In this document: piece by piece, positions 10,056 through 21,031 of the stretch
Position numbering within the stretch: position 1 is the first letter of the stretch
Layout of the letters: each line of letters opens with the position of its first letter
Sequence record: OL362041.1
Strand: one strand, 5' to 3'
Source: Escherichia phage vB_Eco_OMNI12
Length of the DNA stretch: 64,000 nt
The notes under the pieces: generated by a model
The model's input: only the letters and a program-made list of their open reading frames with translations
Databases searched by the model: none
Told to the model about the DNA's origin: nothing
Program-made: the position numbers and the translations under genes

Positions 10056-10805
10056 ATGGCAAACATTATTCGTTGTAAATTACCAGATGGTGTTCATCGT
10101 TTTAAACCATTTACGGTAGAAGATTATCGAGATTTTTTGTTAGTTCGAAACGATATAGAACATCGGTCACCACAAGAACAAAAAGAAATAATTACTGATT
10201 TAATTGATGATTATTTTGGAGACTATCCGAAGACTTGGCAACCATTTATATTTTTGCAGGTATTTGTAGGTTCAATAGGTAAAACTAAAGTACCAGTCAC
10301 ATTTGTATGTCCAAAATGTAAAAAAGAAAAGACAGTTCCATTTGAAATATATCAAAAAGAATTAAAGGAACCTATTTTTGATGTAGCTAATGTTAAAATT
10401 AAATTAAATTTTCCTTCTGAGTTTTATGAAAATAAAGCAAAGATGATTACTGAAAATATTCATTCTGTTCAAGTAGATGAAATGTGGTATGATTGGAAGG
10501 AAATTAGTGAATCGAGTCAAATAGAACTTGTTGACGCCATCGAGATAGAAACATTAGAAAAAATTCTCGATGCAATGAATCCTATTAATTTAACATTGCA
10601 CATGTCGTGTTGTGATAAGTACATTAAAAAATACACTGATATAGTAGATGTGTTTAAGCTATTAGTTAATCCAGATGAGATATTTACTTTTTATCAAATT
10701 AATCACACGCTTGTAAAAAGTAATTATAGCTTAAATTCAATAATGAAAATGATTCCTGCCGAGCGCGGATTCGTATTAAAACTGATTGAGAAGGATAAAC
10801 AATAA
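10056..10805 (+). CDS. gp51: Baseplate hub assembly protein gp51
   Basis: 249 aa, first gene of the hub operon. Confidence 0.8.
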   Translation: MANIIRCKLPDGVHRFKPFTVEDYRDFLLVRNDIEHRSPQEQKEIITDLIDDYFGDYPKTWQPFIFLQVFVGSIGKTKVPVTFVCPKCKKEKTVPFEIYQKELKEPIFDVANVKIKLNFPSEFYENKAKMITENIHSVQVDEMWYDWKEISESSQIELVDAIEIETLEKILDAMNPINLTLHMSCCDKYIKKYTDIVDVFKLLVNPDEIFTFYQINHTLVKSNYSLNSIMKMIPAERGFVLKLIEKDKQ

Positions 10806-11977
10806 TGAGTATGTTGCAACGCCCCGGATATCCAAATCTCAGCGTTAAATTATTTGAGAGTTATGACGCTTGGAGTAATAATAGATTTGTTGAATTAGCT
10901 GCTACTATTACCACATTAACTATGCGGGATTCTCTTTATGGTCGAAATGAAGGAATGCTACAATTTTATGATTCTAAAAATATCCATACAAAAATGGATG
11001 GAAATGAAATAATTCAGATTTCTGTAGCTAATGCAAACGATATTAATAATGTTAAAACAAGAATTTATGGATGTAAGCATTTTTCTGTATCTGTAGATTC
11101 AAAAGGTGATAACATCATTGCTATTGAATTGGGAACTATTCATTCTATAGAAAATCTTAAATTTGGTAGACCATTTTTCCCTGATGCAGGTGAATCTATA
11201 AAAGAAATGCTTGGTGTCATTTATCAAGACCGCACATTATTAACTCCAGCAATAAATGCTATAAATGCTTATGTTCCTGATATTCCATGGACTAGCACAT
11301 TTGAAAACTATTTGTCATATGTAAGAGAAGTTGCTCTAGCGGTAGGAAGCGATAAGTTCGTATTTGTATGGCAAGACATCATGGGAGTTAACATGATGGA
11401 CTATGATATGATGATAAATCAAGAACCATATCCAATGATTGTAGGTGAGCCAACTTTAATAGGTCAATTCGTCCAAGAATTGAAATATCCATTAGCATAT
11501 GATTTTGTTTGGTTGACTAAATCAAACCCGCATAAACGTGATCCAATGAAAAATGCTACTATCTATGCTCATTCATTTTTAGATTCTTCATTACCAATGA
11601 TTACTACAGGAAAGGGTGAAAACTCTATTGTAGTGTCAAGGTCAGGTGCTTATTCTGAAATGACTTATAGAAATGGATATGAAGAAGCTATTCGTCTTCA
11701 GACTATGGCGCAATATGACGGCTATGCTAAATGTTCTACTGTCGGTAATTTTAACTTGACTCCTGGCGTTAAAATTATTTTTAATGATAGTAAAAACCAA
11801 TTTAAAACAGAATTTTACGTTGATGAAGTTATTCACGAATTATCAAATAATAATTCCGTAACTCATCTATATATGTTCACTAATGCAACGAAACTGGAAA
11901 CAATCGACCCAGTTAAGGTTAAAAATGAATTTAAAACTGATACTACCACTGAAGAAAGTAGTTCTTCCGATAAGTAA
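10805..11977 (+). CDS. gp27: Baseplate hub protein gp27
   Basis: 390 aa. Confidence 0.85.
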   Translation: MSMLQRPGYPNLSVKLFESYDAWSNNRFVELAATITTLTMRDSLYGRNEGMLQFYDSKNIHTKMDGNEIIQISVANANDINNVKTRIYGCKHFSVSVDSKGDNIIAIELGTIHSIENLKFGRPFFPDAGESIKEMLGVIYQDRTLLTPAINAINAYVPDIPWTSTFENYLSYVREVALAVGSDKFVFVWQDIMGVNMMDYDMMINQEPYPMIVGEPTLIGQFVQELKYPLAYDFVWLTKSNPHKRDPMKNATIYAHSFLDSSLPMITTGKGENSIVVSRSGAYSEMTYRNGYEEAIRLQTMAQYDGYAKCSTVGNFNLTPGVKIIFNDSKNQFKTEFYVDEVIHELSNNNSVTHLYMFTNATKLETIDPVKVKNEFKTDTTTEESSSSDK

Positions 11978-12458
11978 TAAAGAAGTTTCTATTCCTAAGA
12001 TGGGTCTTAAACATTATAACATTTTAAAAGATGTTAAAGGTCCTGATGAAAATTTAAAGCTTCTTATTGATTCTATTTGTCCAAATTTATCACCGGCAGA
12101 AGTTGATTTCGTTTCTATTCATTTATTGGAATTTAATGGAAAGATTAAATCTCGTAAAGAAATAGATGGCTATACTTATGACATTAATGATGTTTATGTA
12201 TGCCAAAGATTAGAATTTCAATACCAAGGAAATACATTTTATTTTAGACCTCCTGGAAAATTTGAACAATTTTTAACGGTGAGCGATATGTTATCTAAAT
12301 GCTTGCTTAAGGTCAACGATGAAGTTAAAGAAATTAATTTTCTTGAGATGCCAGCATTCGTTTTAAAATGGGCAAATGATATTTTTACAACTTTAGCAAT
12401 TCCTGGCCCTAATGGTCCAATAACTGGAATTGGCAATATTATTGGATTATTTGAATGA
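11922..12458 (+). CDS. gp28: Baseplate hub distal protein gp28
   Basis: Overlaps the 3' end of gene 27 in another frame; start at the internal ATG (MNLKLILP...) gives 178 aa. Confidence 0.7.
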   Translation, partial: KMNLKLILPLKKVVLPISNKEVSIPKMGLKHYNILKDVKGPDENLKLLIDSICPNLSPAEVDFVSIHLLEFNGKIKSRKEIDGYTYDINDVYVCQRLEFQYQGNTFYFRPPGKFEQFLTVSDMLSKCLLKVNDEVKEINFLEMPAFVLKWANDIFTTLAIPGPNGPITGIGNIIGLFE

Positions 12459-14227
12459 AAAAGCCACAAGAAATGCAAACGATGCGTAGAAAAGTTATTT
12501 CAGATAATAAACCAACACAGGAAGCGGCTAAATCCGCTTCCAATACTTTATCTGGACTTAATGACATTTCTACAAAATTGGATGATGCTCAAGCTGCTTC
12601 TGAATTAATAGCTCAAACCGTTGAAGAAAAATCGAATGAAATAATTGGAGCAATTGACAATGTAGAAAGCGCAGTGAGTGATACTACTGCTGGTTCTGAG
12701 TTAATTGCTGAAACTGTCGAAATTGGCAATAATATTAATAAAGAAATCGGTGAATCGCTCGGAAGTAAATTAGATAAATTAACGAGTTTACTCGAGCAAA
12801 AAATCCAGACAGCCGGAATTCAACAAACAGGAACTAGTTTAGCTACGGTTGAAAGCGCTATTCCTGTTAAAGTTGTTGAGGACGATACAGCTGAATCCGT
12901 GGGTCCTTTATTACCAGCTCCTGAAGCAGTTAATAATGATCCTGACGCTGATTTTTTCCCTGCCCCTCAACCAGTTGAACCTAAGCGAGAGTCACCGGAA
13001 GAAAAACAGAAAAAAGAAGCATTTAATTTAAAATTATCTCAAGCTTTAGATAAATTAACAAAGACTGTTGATTTTGGATTTAAAAAATCCATTTCAATTA
13101 CTGATAAAATATCAAGCATGCTATTTAAGTATACTGTCAGTGCTGCTATTGAAGCTGCTAAAATGGTTGCATTAATAATGGCTGTTGTTATTGGAATAGA
13201 CCTACTGATGGTTCATTTTAAATATTGGTCAGATAAATTTTCAAAAGCCTGGGATTTGTTTAGCACTGATTTTAAAACTTTTTCAAGCGAAACCGGAACT
13301 TGGGGTCCTTTATTACAGAGCATCTTTGAATCTATTGATGAAATTAAAAAGTTCTGGGAAGCGGGAGATTGGGGCGGTTTGACGGTAGCTATTGTAGAAG
13401 GGCTTGGAAAGGTTCTTTATAATTTAGGAGAACTTATTCAGCTTGGAATGGCTAAATTATCAGCAGCAATTCTTCGAGTTATTCCTGGTATGAAAGATAC
13501 TGCTGACGAAGTAGAAGGAAGAGCACTGGAAAATTTCCAAAATTCTACTGGAGCATCTCTCAATAAAGAAGACCAGGAAAAAGTTGCGAATTATCAAGAT
13601 AAACGAATGAATGGAGACCTTGGTCCGATAGCAGAAGGACTAGACAAAATTGCGAACTGGAAAACTCGTGCATCTAACTGGATTCGTGGTGTTGATAATA
13701 AAGAAGCATTGACAACTGATGAAGAACGCGCAGCAGAAGAAGAAAAATTAAAGCAGCTTTCACCAGAAGAAAGAAAAAATGCTTTAATGAAGGCTAATGA
13801 AGCCCGTGCCGCGATGATTCGTTTTGAAAAATATGCTGATTCAGCTGATATGAGTAAAGACTCAACGGTTAAATCAGTTGAAGCTGCCTATGAAGACCTT
13901 AAAAAACGAATGGATGACCCGGATTTAAATAATTCACCGGCAGTTAAAAAAGAACTTGCTGCTAGATTTTCTAAAATTGATGCTACTTATCAAGAGCTCA
14001 AGAAAAATCAGCCTAATGCCAAACCTCAAACTTCTGCTAAATCGCCAGAAGCAAAACAAGTCCAGGTAATAGAAAAGAACAAAGCACAGCAAGCTCCTAT
14101 TCAACAAGCATCTCCTTCAATCAATAATACTAATAATGTTATTAAGAAAAATACTGTCGTTCATAATATGACACCCGTAACGAGCACGACTGCTCCTGGT
14201 GTATTTGATGCGACTGGAGTTAATTAA
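12455..14227 (+). CDS. gp29: Baseplate hub / tail length determinant gp29
   Basis: 590 aa, coiled-coil-rich. Confidence 0.85.
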   Translation: MKKPQEMQTMRRKVISDNKPTQEAAKSASNTLSGLNDISTKLDDAQAASELIAQTVEEKSNEIIGAIDNVESAVSDTTAGSELIAETVEIGNNINKEIGESLGSKLDKLTSLLEQKIQTAGIQQTGTSLATVESAIPVKVVEDDTAESVGPLLPAPEAVNNDPDADFFPAPQPVEPKRESPEEKQKKEAFNLKLSQALDKLTKTVDFGFKKSISITDKISSMLFKYTVSAAIEAAKMVALIMAVVIGIDLLMVHFKYWSDKFSKAWDLFSTDFKTFSSETGTWGPLLQSIFESIDEIKKFWEAGDWGGLTVAIVEGLGKVLYNLGELIQLGMAKLSAAILRVIPGMKDTADEVEGRALENFQNSTGASLNKEDQEKVANYQDKRMNGDLGPIAEGLDKIANWKTRASNWIRGVDNKEALTTDEERAAEEEKLKQLSPEERKNALMKANEARAAMIRFEKYADSADMSKDSTVKSVEAAYEDLKKRMDDPDLNNSPAVKKELAARFSKIDATYQELKKNQPNAKPQTSAKSPEAKQVQVIEKNKAQQAPIQQASPSINNTNNVIKKNTVVHNMTPVTSTTAPGVFDATGVN

Positions 14228-14235
14228 GGAATAAT

Positions 14236-15330
14236 ATGGCAATTGTTAAAGAAATAACTGCTGATTTAATTAAAAAGTCCGGTGAGAAAATTTCAGCCGG
14301 ACAGAGTACTAAATCAGAAGTAGCAACTAAAACATACACTGCCCAGTTTCCAACTGGGCGTGCTAGTGGTAATGACACTACAGGGGACTTCCAGGTAACA
14401 GATCTATATAAGAATGGATTATTATTTACTGCATACAATATGTCATCTAGGGATTCTGGAAGTCTTAGAACGATGAGATCTAACTACTCTTCTTCATCTT
14501 CGAGTATTTTACGTACAGCCAGAAACACTATCAGTAATACAGTATCAAAACTATCAAATGGACTAATATCAGATAATAATTCAGGAACAATAAGTAAAGT
14601 TCCTGTTGCAAATATTCTTTTACCTAGATCTAAATCTGACGTCGATACGTCATCACATAGATTTAATGATGTTCAAGATAGTCTTATTACAAAAGGTGGA
14701 GGTACTGCTACTGGTGTGCTAAGCAATATGGCTTCAACCGCAGTATTTGGAGCGCTGGAAAGTATAACACAAGGTATAATGGCTGATAATAATGAACAGA
14801 TTTATACGACAGCCAGAAGCATGTACGGCGGTGCTGAAAATAGAACTAAAGTGTTCACTTGGGATTTGACTCCGCGCTCAACAGAAGATTTAATGGCTAT
14901 TATTAATATCTATCAGTATTTTAACTATTTTTCTTACGGTGAAACTGGTAAATCTCAATATGCTGCTGAAATAAAAGGATATCTAGATGAGTGGTACCGT
15001 TCTACTTTTATTGAGCCGTTAACTCCAGAAGATGCAGTTAAAAATAAGACGTTATTTGAGAAAATGACATCGAGTTTAACTAACGTTCTTGTAGTTTCAA
15101 ACCCGACAATTTGGATGGTGAAAAACTTTGGTGCAACATCTAAGTTTGATGGAAAAACGGAAATATTCGGTCCATGTCAAATCCAGAGTATCAGATTTGA
15201 TAAAACACCTAATGGTAACTTTAACGGATTAGCTATTGCTCCAAATCTCCCTAGTACATTTACTCTCGAGATTACTATGAGAGAAATTATCACGTTAAAC
15301 CGTGCTTCTTTATATGCGGGGACTTTTTAA
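14236..15330 (+). CDS. gp48: Baseplate tail-tube junction protein gp48
   Basis: 364 aa. Confidence 0.85.
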   Translation: MAIVKEITADLIKKSGEKISAGQSTKSEVATKTYTAQFPTGRASGNDTTGDFQVTDLYKNGLLFTAYNMSSRDSGSLRTMRSNYSSSSSSILRTARNTISNTVSKLSNGLISDNNSGTISKVPVANILLPRSKSDVDTSSHRFNDVQDSLITKGGGTATGVLSNMASTAVFGALESITQGIMADNNEQIYTTARSMYGGAENRTKVFTWDLTPRSTEDLMAIINIYQYFNYFSYGETGKSQYAAEIKGYLDEWYRSTFIEPLTPEDAVKNKTLFEKMTSSLTNVLVVSNPTIWMVKNFGATSKFDGKTEIFGPCQIQSIRFDKTPNGNFNGLAIAPNLPSTFTLEITMREIITLNRASLYAGTF

Positions 15331-16295
15331 TGTATTCTTTAGAGGAATTTAATAATCAAGCAATAAACGCAGATTTCCAACGTAATAATATGTTCAGCTG
15401 TGTTTTTGCTACAACTCCATCAACTAAAAGCTCTTCGTTGATAAGTTCAATTAGCAACTTTTCTTATAATAACTTGGGCCTAAATTCAGATTGGTTAGGA
15501 TTAACTCAAGGCGATATTAATCAGGGAATTACTACGCTAATTACAGCTGGCACACAAAAACTGATAAGAAAATCAGGGGTTAGTAAATATCTTATTGGTG
15601 CCATGAGTCAACGTACAGTTCAAAGTTTATTAGGCTCATTTACAGTTGGTACATATTTAATTGACTTCTTTAACATGGCATATAACTCATCTGGATTGAT
15701 GATATACTCTGTAAAAATGCCAGAGAATAGATTATCCTATGAAACTGACTGGAACTATAATTCTCCTAATATTCGTATAACTGGGAGAGAATTAGACCCT
15801 TTGGTTATTTCATTCAGAATGGATTCAGAAGCTTGTAACTATCGTGCAATGCAAGACTGGGTTAACGCTGTTCAAGACCCAGTAACTGGATTGCGTGCTT
15901 TGCCGCAAGATGTCGAGGCTGATATTCAGGTTAATCTTCATTCTCGCAATGGATTACCACATACTGCGGTGATGTTCACTGGATGCATTCCAGTGTCCGT
16001 AAGCGCTCCTGAGTTATCATATGATGGAGATAACCAAATAACTACATTTGATGTTACTTTTGCGTATAGAGTCATGCAGGCTGGAGCAGTTGATAGACAA
16101 GCTGCGCTTGAATGGCTTGAATCTGCTGCTATAAATGGTATTCAAAGCGTTCTCGGAAATAGTGGAGGTGTCACTGGACTATCTAATTCGCTTTCACGAC
16201 TTAGTAGATTAGGGGGAACTGCAGGAAGCATTTCAAATATTAACACTATGACAGGAATTGTCAATTCGCAAAGTAAAATATTAGGAGCAATATAA
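15330..16295 (+). CDS. gp54: Baseplate tail-tube initiator gp54
   Basis: 321 aa. Confidence 0.85.
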   Translation: MYSLEEFNNQAINADFQRNNMFSCVFATTPSTKSSSLISSISNFSYNNLGLNSDWLGLTQGDINQGITTLITAGTQKLIRKSGVSKYLIGAMSQRTVQSLLGSFTVGTYLIDFFNMAYNSSGLMIYSVKMPENRLSYETDWNYNSPNIRITGRELDPLVISFRMDSEACNYRAMQDWVNAVQDPVTGLRALPQDVEADIQVNLHSRNGLPHTAVMFTGCIPVSVSAPELSYDGDNQITTFDVTFAYRVMQAGAVDRQAALEWLESAAINGIQSVLGNSGGVTGLSNSLSRLSRLGGTAGSISNINTMTGIVNSQSKILGAI

Positions 16296-16297
16296 CA

Positions 16298-16328
16298 ATG
16301 GGGACCTTTCGGTCCCCATATTTTTATT
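16298..16328. terminator. Bidirectional terminator between gene 54 and the alt cluster
   Basis: TGGGGACC-TTTC-GGTCCCCA followed by TATTTTTATTT. Confidence 0.65.
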
Positions 16329-16614
16329 TACGGAATGAAATGAAAGCAGCAACTGAAGCAACTAAACTGTCTTCAATATAAACTTCAATTTTTACCGGAG
16401 CTTCTGACTCAAATTTACCTGTTACTACACCCTGAAAAATACTTTCAGTCTGTTCTGGCTTTGAAAAATTTTCAGAAGGAAAAATTCCGAACTTTTTATC
16501 TGTTCCAAAAATTTTGATAAATTCATCGTAAACTGCTTCATTAAAAGCATTATCAGCAGGAATAACGCCTTCAACTACAAGTTCTTGACCTAAAAAGCGC
16601 AAAGAAGATTTCAT
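16324..16614 (-). CDS. Hypothetical protein (alt.-3 position)
   Basis: 96 aa ORF with GAGGAA Shine-Dalgarno, preceded by an early promoter. Confidence 0.6.
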   Translation of the reverse strand: MKSSLRFLGQELVVEGVIPADNAFNEAVYDEFIKIFGTDKKFGIFPSENFSKPEQTESIFQGVVTGKFESEAPVKIEVYIEDSLVASVAAFISFRK

Positions 16615-16645
16615 TTTGTGTTCCTCATGTTATGTCAGTAAGACT

Positions 16646-16674
16646 ACTATAACACAACACGAGGGACTTGTAAA
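16646..16674 (-). promoter_or_regulatory. Early promoter (TTTACA-N17-TATAGT)
   Basis: Read on the - strand; a near-identical ~55 bp copy lies at 32568-32622. Confidence 0.6.
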
Positions 16675-18732
16675 CTACATCTTGAACTTTTTAGACATTC
16701 CGTTGATGTTAACCAAAGAAGCTAAGATTTGAGAAACTTCGTTTTCCTCTTCTTTTGATTCTTCTACAAGGAATTGATTAAATCCAGCCATTGGACGAAC
16801 TTCACCAGTTTCCATTAGATGGTCGCCATCATATACTGATTCTTCTAATTGTTCAGAAGGAGGAACGATTGTACCTTCGATTAGATACTTGTTATAAGCA
16901 GTTTCTTTCATAAAGTAAGTACTTACTTTATTAATCTTCAGTAAAATTCCACGTGGTAGAATAACTTCAGCTTCTGACGGAAATCCTGATAAATGACCCG
17001 GAACGATAACTTTGATTCGCTCAGCTCCTTTAATTACCATACCCACGCTAGTTTCAGCATCTTCATTAGCATATGTAGAATGACTACCCATATGCATCAA
17101 ATCTTCTGCATCAACGGAACCTTCTCCTTCACCAGAAAATACTGCGCCGGAATCATCTAGAGCCATATAGTTTTTACCATGCTCACCGAAGATATTTGGT
17201 TTAAGCGATGTGGATACGAAGTTCTTGAAATAGAACATTTTATTTTCAATGTTATGACGCAAAGTTTTAAAGGTAACTTCTTGTCCACGGTAAAGTGTAG
17301 TTCCTGGAGGAAGAACTGAACCTTTAGCGAATGCAGAATCAAGCGTCTCAATATGTTTAATAGCTCGTTCCATATATTCTTCACGGGTAGAATCTGGTTT
17401 ACCCAAAAGGAACGAGTTCATTTCAACATATGAATCTGCACAATAATCTTCAATTACATCAGATTCAGCTTGAGTTAATCCTTTTGGAGTTACTTCAGTG
17501 CTTGCGTATTCATATGCCTGAGCAGCAGATTCATTAATCAATTTATAAATGCCATTCATGACAAATTGAATAATAGCTGTCTTTTCATCTGGCGTAGCTT
17601 TAGAACCTTTAACCAAATCATTGATAATTTTCTTAATAACATCAAAGCTATTAGAAATATTAATATCAGCAAGATCGCTTAAAATTTTATCAGTCTTATA
17701 ATCAAAGAATTCTTTATTCTTTAAATATTCTTGAGAACCTTGATATGTTATATCGCTCTGTAACTTGATAGATGGATCACGTAAACGTGCATGGGCTAAT
17801 GCAATATGATTTCGGAAGCTTTCGAGTTCATAATCACTAGATTTAAAACGAGAAGCGCTTCTCATACCGCCTATAGCTCCTTTGCTGAAGTTTGAACCAA
17901 TTTGAATAACGCCAGAGTTCATTGGTCCTTCTGCTTTATACACCGGAACTTTAGATTCAAACTCTTGATATTTCTTAGCAGCGAAGCTATCACCCTGAAG
18001 TGAAGCATCAACAGTAGAATATTGAGCTTGTGCTGCTAATCGACGACTAATTTTAGTTTTCTGAATAACAGCTTGGTCCGTGCGCTTATCATTTTCTAAA
18101 GCAATAGAAGCAGCAACAGCAACAGCTTTAGGAACAGCATTACCTGTTTTAACATCTACATAAACATCACCAACCTTTGATTCAACTTTTGTGAATAACT
18201 CAGTTGAAATAGGAGGTACACCTGGAATGTCTTCTAAATTGGCATTTTTACGATAAACCATAATATATGCGTACTTTTTATCATAATCCCAGATTTCCTT
18301 TAAAAGAACATATCGACCTGCTCCTTTAGTACGTACTAAACGGTCAGCAATAACTTGCATTTGACGAGCAGCGCCATTTGTTTTACTCTTTAGTACGCGG
18401 AATAAGCATGCATCAATTTTATACTGTTTCATTGTTTGAAGAGCAGTATCAAAAACAGCGTTAATGACGCCAATTGGATTTCCACCCAAGTTTCTAAGTT
18501 TAACCAGTGATAATTTCTCGTTGACACCTATCATTACGATATGCATCATTTTATCGCCTGGCTTAACGTTTTTATTCGTATCACCACCAGAGGTGTATGT
18601 ACAAAATCTAAATCCAGGAAGCACGCTTTCTTCGCCGGCTTGAATAGCAAAAATTTGTGGTATTTTATGCTTAGGATTTAAGTTAACAACCGGCGCCGAA
18701 GCGCCGTCAAATAATTCTGTAATAAGTTCCAT
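16675..18732 (-). CDS. Alt-family ADP-ribosyltransferase, second paralog
   Basis: 685 aa; N-terminus MELITELFD like Alt; C-terminal LYRG...FVSTS...EAEVILP (R-S-ExE ART motifs). Confidence 0.8.
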   Translation of the reverse strand: MELITELFDGASAPVVNLNPKHKIPQIFAIQAGEESVLPGFRFCTYTSGGDTNKNVKPGDKMMHIVMIGVNEKLSLVKLRNLGGNPIGVINAVFDTALQTMKQYKIDACLFRVLKSKTNGAARQMQVIADRLVRTKGAGRYVLLKEIWDYDKKYAYIMVYRKNANLEDIPGVPPISTELFTKVESKVGDVYVDVKTGNAVPKAVAVAASIALENDKRTDQAVIQKTKISRRLAAQAQYSTVDASLQGDSFAAKKYQEFESKVPVYKAEGPMNSGVIQIGSNFSKGAIGGMRSASRFKSSDYELESFRNHIALAHARLRDPSIKLQSDITYQGSQEYLKNKEFFDYKTDKILSDLADINISNSFDVIKKIINDLVKGSKATPDEKTAIIQFVMNGIYKLINESAAQAYEYASTEVTPKGLTQAESDVIEDYCADSYVEMNSFLLGKPDSTREEYMERAIKHIETLDSAFAKGSVLPPGTTLYRGQEVTFKTLRHNIENKMFYFKNFVSTSLKPNIFGEHGKNYMALDDSGAVFSGEGEGSVDAEDLMHMGSHSTYANEDAETSVGMVIKGAERIKVIVPGHLSGFPSEAEVILPRGILLKINKVSTYFMKETAYNKYLIEGTIVPPSEQLEESVYDGDHLMETGEVRPMAGFNQFLVEESKEEENEVSQILASLVNINGMSKKFKM

Positions 18733-18735
18733 GAT

Positions 18736-20793
18736 TTATCCTTGAACGAACTTGTAAGGCATGTTTGCAATATCTATACAAGACGCAATAATTCCAAGAG
18801 ATGATTCTACTTTCTGTTTAACATTTGATGAAACAAATGATGCAAAATCAACTCTGTCTTCTATTTCAATATCACCTGTCATTGTAACTACTTCGCCGGT
18901 TTCCATTAGACGGTCACCGTCATAAATTACCGATTCGGTGAGTTCTTCTGTGGTCATAACTTCAGCTTGAATAAGCTTGTTGTTAGTTTTAACTGTTCCA
19001 TCATTGTAAGATGCATCGGTTATTTTATTAACTTTGACCATTAATCCACGTGGCAAAATGACTTCCATTTCATTTGAAGGTGCTAAACTTCCACCTGGTA
19101 AAACAACATTGACTTTATCAGCCCCAGTAATAACCCATCCAATTCCAACTAAATTATCGCTAGAATTTACTAGTCCTTCATCAGTTTTATCAATAGAAAC
19201 ACTTAAACGCTTTTCGTCTGGTAAAACACCCACAGATGAATCAGTCATCCAGGTACCAAAAATATTTGGATATAATGATGTTGACACAAAATTTCTAAAA
19301 TAAAAAACTCGATTTTTTACCAGTGCTTCATATATTGAAGGTAACATTCGTTGTGAACGATACAAAGTAATACCTTTTGGTAATCGTTCACCATTTTTAA
19401 AGGCAGAATCTAAATTATCAATAGCTTTTTCTATATCAGATGCTGTCAAAATACTTGTACGCTCATCTGGATTATATAATCCCAAAAGAGCGTTATTTAT
19501 GTCTACATATCCTGAACTTACGTATTCACGAATTCCGCGTTTTTGTGCCGGTGTGTATTTAGATGAATCTTTATTTTCGACTATAGGATGTAGTGACCAT
19601 CCAGCGGTAAGAGCATATCCACGCAATTCTCTTCGAATAATCTTTGTTTTTATTGCATTCCAAGAATTTTGTACTAACTCATTCGCAGCATCTTGATTTA
19701 AATGCGAATGCTTGTTAATGTTTCTTTCTAACCAAGCACCTTTATATTTTTCTAAAGTATCATCAACTATAGAAGCAATAGTTTCTAAAGTTTTTATTGA
19801 AGTAATAGATTCTTTTCGTAATCTTTCTAAAGCTTTATTTTTTATTTCTGCATTAACATCAGATTCTTTATCTTCAGGAATTATAGAAGCTTCTCTGAAT
19901 GCCATTCCAGCTGTAACACTACTAAGAGCATTCTCTAATGCAAATCCTGAAGTAGAAATAACAGTTAATTCATTAGCGTCAGAAATTAAAGGAGCGTCAG
20001 CAGGTTTATTTAATTCTGCTGCTGAAGCCTCAAATTTTTGAAACATCGGCGTTTCAAATCTAGAAGATTCCAATGATTGACTTTGCGCAATTGCTCTACG
20101 GGAAATTTTAACTTTAACGATTACAGCTTGGTCAGAACGTTTATCATTTTCTTGTGCAATAGATGCTGCAATTGCCTCATTTTTGGTTACTTGAACTCCG
20201 GTATCTTTATTGATATAAACATCACCGACCTTCGATTCAACTTTAGTAAAGAGCTCGGTACTAATTTCCGGAACTCCTGGAATGTCTTCTAGTGATACAT
20301 TTTTGCGATGTATAAGAATATATGCATACTTTTTATCATAATCCCAGAGTTCCTTAAGAAGGACGTATCTGCCACCTGAACGACTACGGATAAGTCTATC
20401 AGCAATAACTTGAATTTGTCGAGCTTGACCAGCGGTTTTAGACTTAAGAATACGAAGCATACAAGCATCAATTTTATACTGACGCATTGTTTGCATTGCA
20501 ACAGTAAAAACTGAATTGATATAATTAATTGGGCTTGGACCAAGACCTTTTAATTTAGCAATTGAACCTTTAGCAGTTAATGTAAAAGGAACAATATGCA
20601 TCATTTTATCGCCCATCTTTAAATCGCGATTAGTATCACCTCCAGATGTATAGGTACATAAACGAAAACCTGGTTGTTCAATTGCATCATCAACATGAAC
20701 TGAAAAAATTTGTGGTATTTTCTTCTTTGGATTTAAGTTTGTAATCGGAAGAGTAGTATCTTCGTCAAATAATTCTGTAATAAGTTCCATCAT
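18736..20793 (-). CDS. alt: Alt ADP-ribosyltransferase (virion-packaged, modifies host RNA polymerase)
   Basis: 685 aa; LYRS...FVSTS...EMEVILP motifs; position next to gene 30. Confidence 0.85.
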   Translation of the reverse strand: MMELITELFDEDTTLPITNLNPKKKIPQIFSVHVDDAIEQPGFRLCTYTSGGDTNRDLKMGDKMMHIVPFTLTAKGSIAKLKGLGPSPINYINSVFTVAMQTMRQYKIDACMLRILKSKTAGQARQIQVIADRLIRSRSGGRYVLLKELWDYDKKYAYILIHRKNVSLEDIPGVPEISTELFTKVESKVGDVYINKDTGVQVTKNEAIAASIAQENDKRSDQAVIVKVKISRRAIAQSQSLESSRFETPMFQKFEASAAELNKPADAPLISDANELTVISTSGFALENALSSVTAGMAFREASIIPEDKESDVNAEIKNKALERLRKESITSIKTLETIASIVDDTLEKYKGAWLERNINKHSHLNQDAANELVQNSWNAIKTKIIRRELRGYALTAGWSLHPIVENKDSSKYTPAQKRGIREYVSSGYVDINNALLGLYNPDERTSILTASDIEKAIDNLDSAFKNGERLPKGITLYRSQRMLPSIYEALVKNRVFYFRNFVSTSLYPNIFGTWMTDSSVGVLPDEKRLSVSIDKTDEGLVNSSDNLVGIGWVITGADKVNVVLPGGSLAPSNEMEVILPRGLMVKVNKITDASYNDGTVKTNNKLIQAEVMTTEELTESVIYDGDRLMETGEVVTMTGDIEIEDRVDFASFVSSNVKQKVESSLGIIASCIDIANMPYKFVQG

Positions 20794-20813
20794 AGCCTCT
20801 CTAGTGTTTATTC

Positions 20814-20821
20814 TATTTATA
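20814..20821 (-). promoter_or_regulatory. Late promoter (TATAAATA) upstream of alt
   Basis: TATAAATA on the - strand about 20 nt before the alt start. Confidence 0.5.
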
Positions 20822-20843
20822 AAATTAAAGGCCCGAAGGCCTT
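20822..20843 (-). terminator. Hairpin terminator upstream of alt
   Basis: AAAGGCC-TTCG-GGCCTTT on the - strand followed by a T-rich run. Confidence 0.45.
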
Positions 20844-21031
20844 TAGTAATCTAGTGGTAAGAGAGTACGATATATTTCAAACTTTGGTCCTTTTTCATAG
20901 GCATCAAATGTTTCTGTAAATTTATTATAAGCGTATGCATCTACAAATTCGAGAATGACTTGTGATACAGAAGTAGAAACATCTCCACCTTCTTTTTGAG
21001 CAATGACAATTGTTTCTAAGTAAGCTTTCAT
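20843..21031 (-). CDS. Hypothetical protein (62 aa)
   Basis: ORF between ligase and alt, overlapping the ligase stop. Confidence 0.45.
   Translation of the reverse strand: MKAYLETIVIAQKEGGDVSTSVSQVILEFVDAYAYNKFTETFDAYEKGPKFEIYRTLLPLDY

Noticed and set aside
19034-20543. Several ORFs of 65-109 aa antisense to, or in other frames of, alt
   Set aside because: Shadow ORFs within a long coding region; no translation signals
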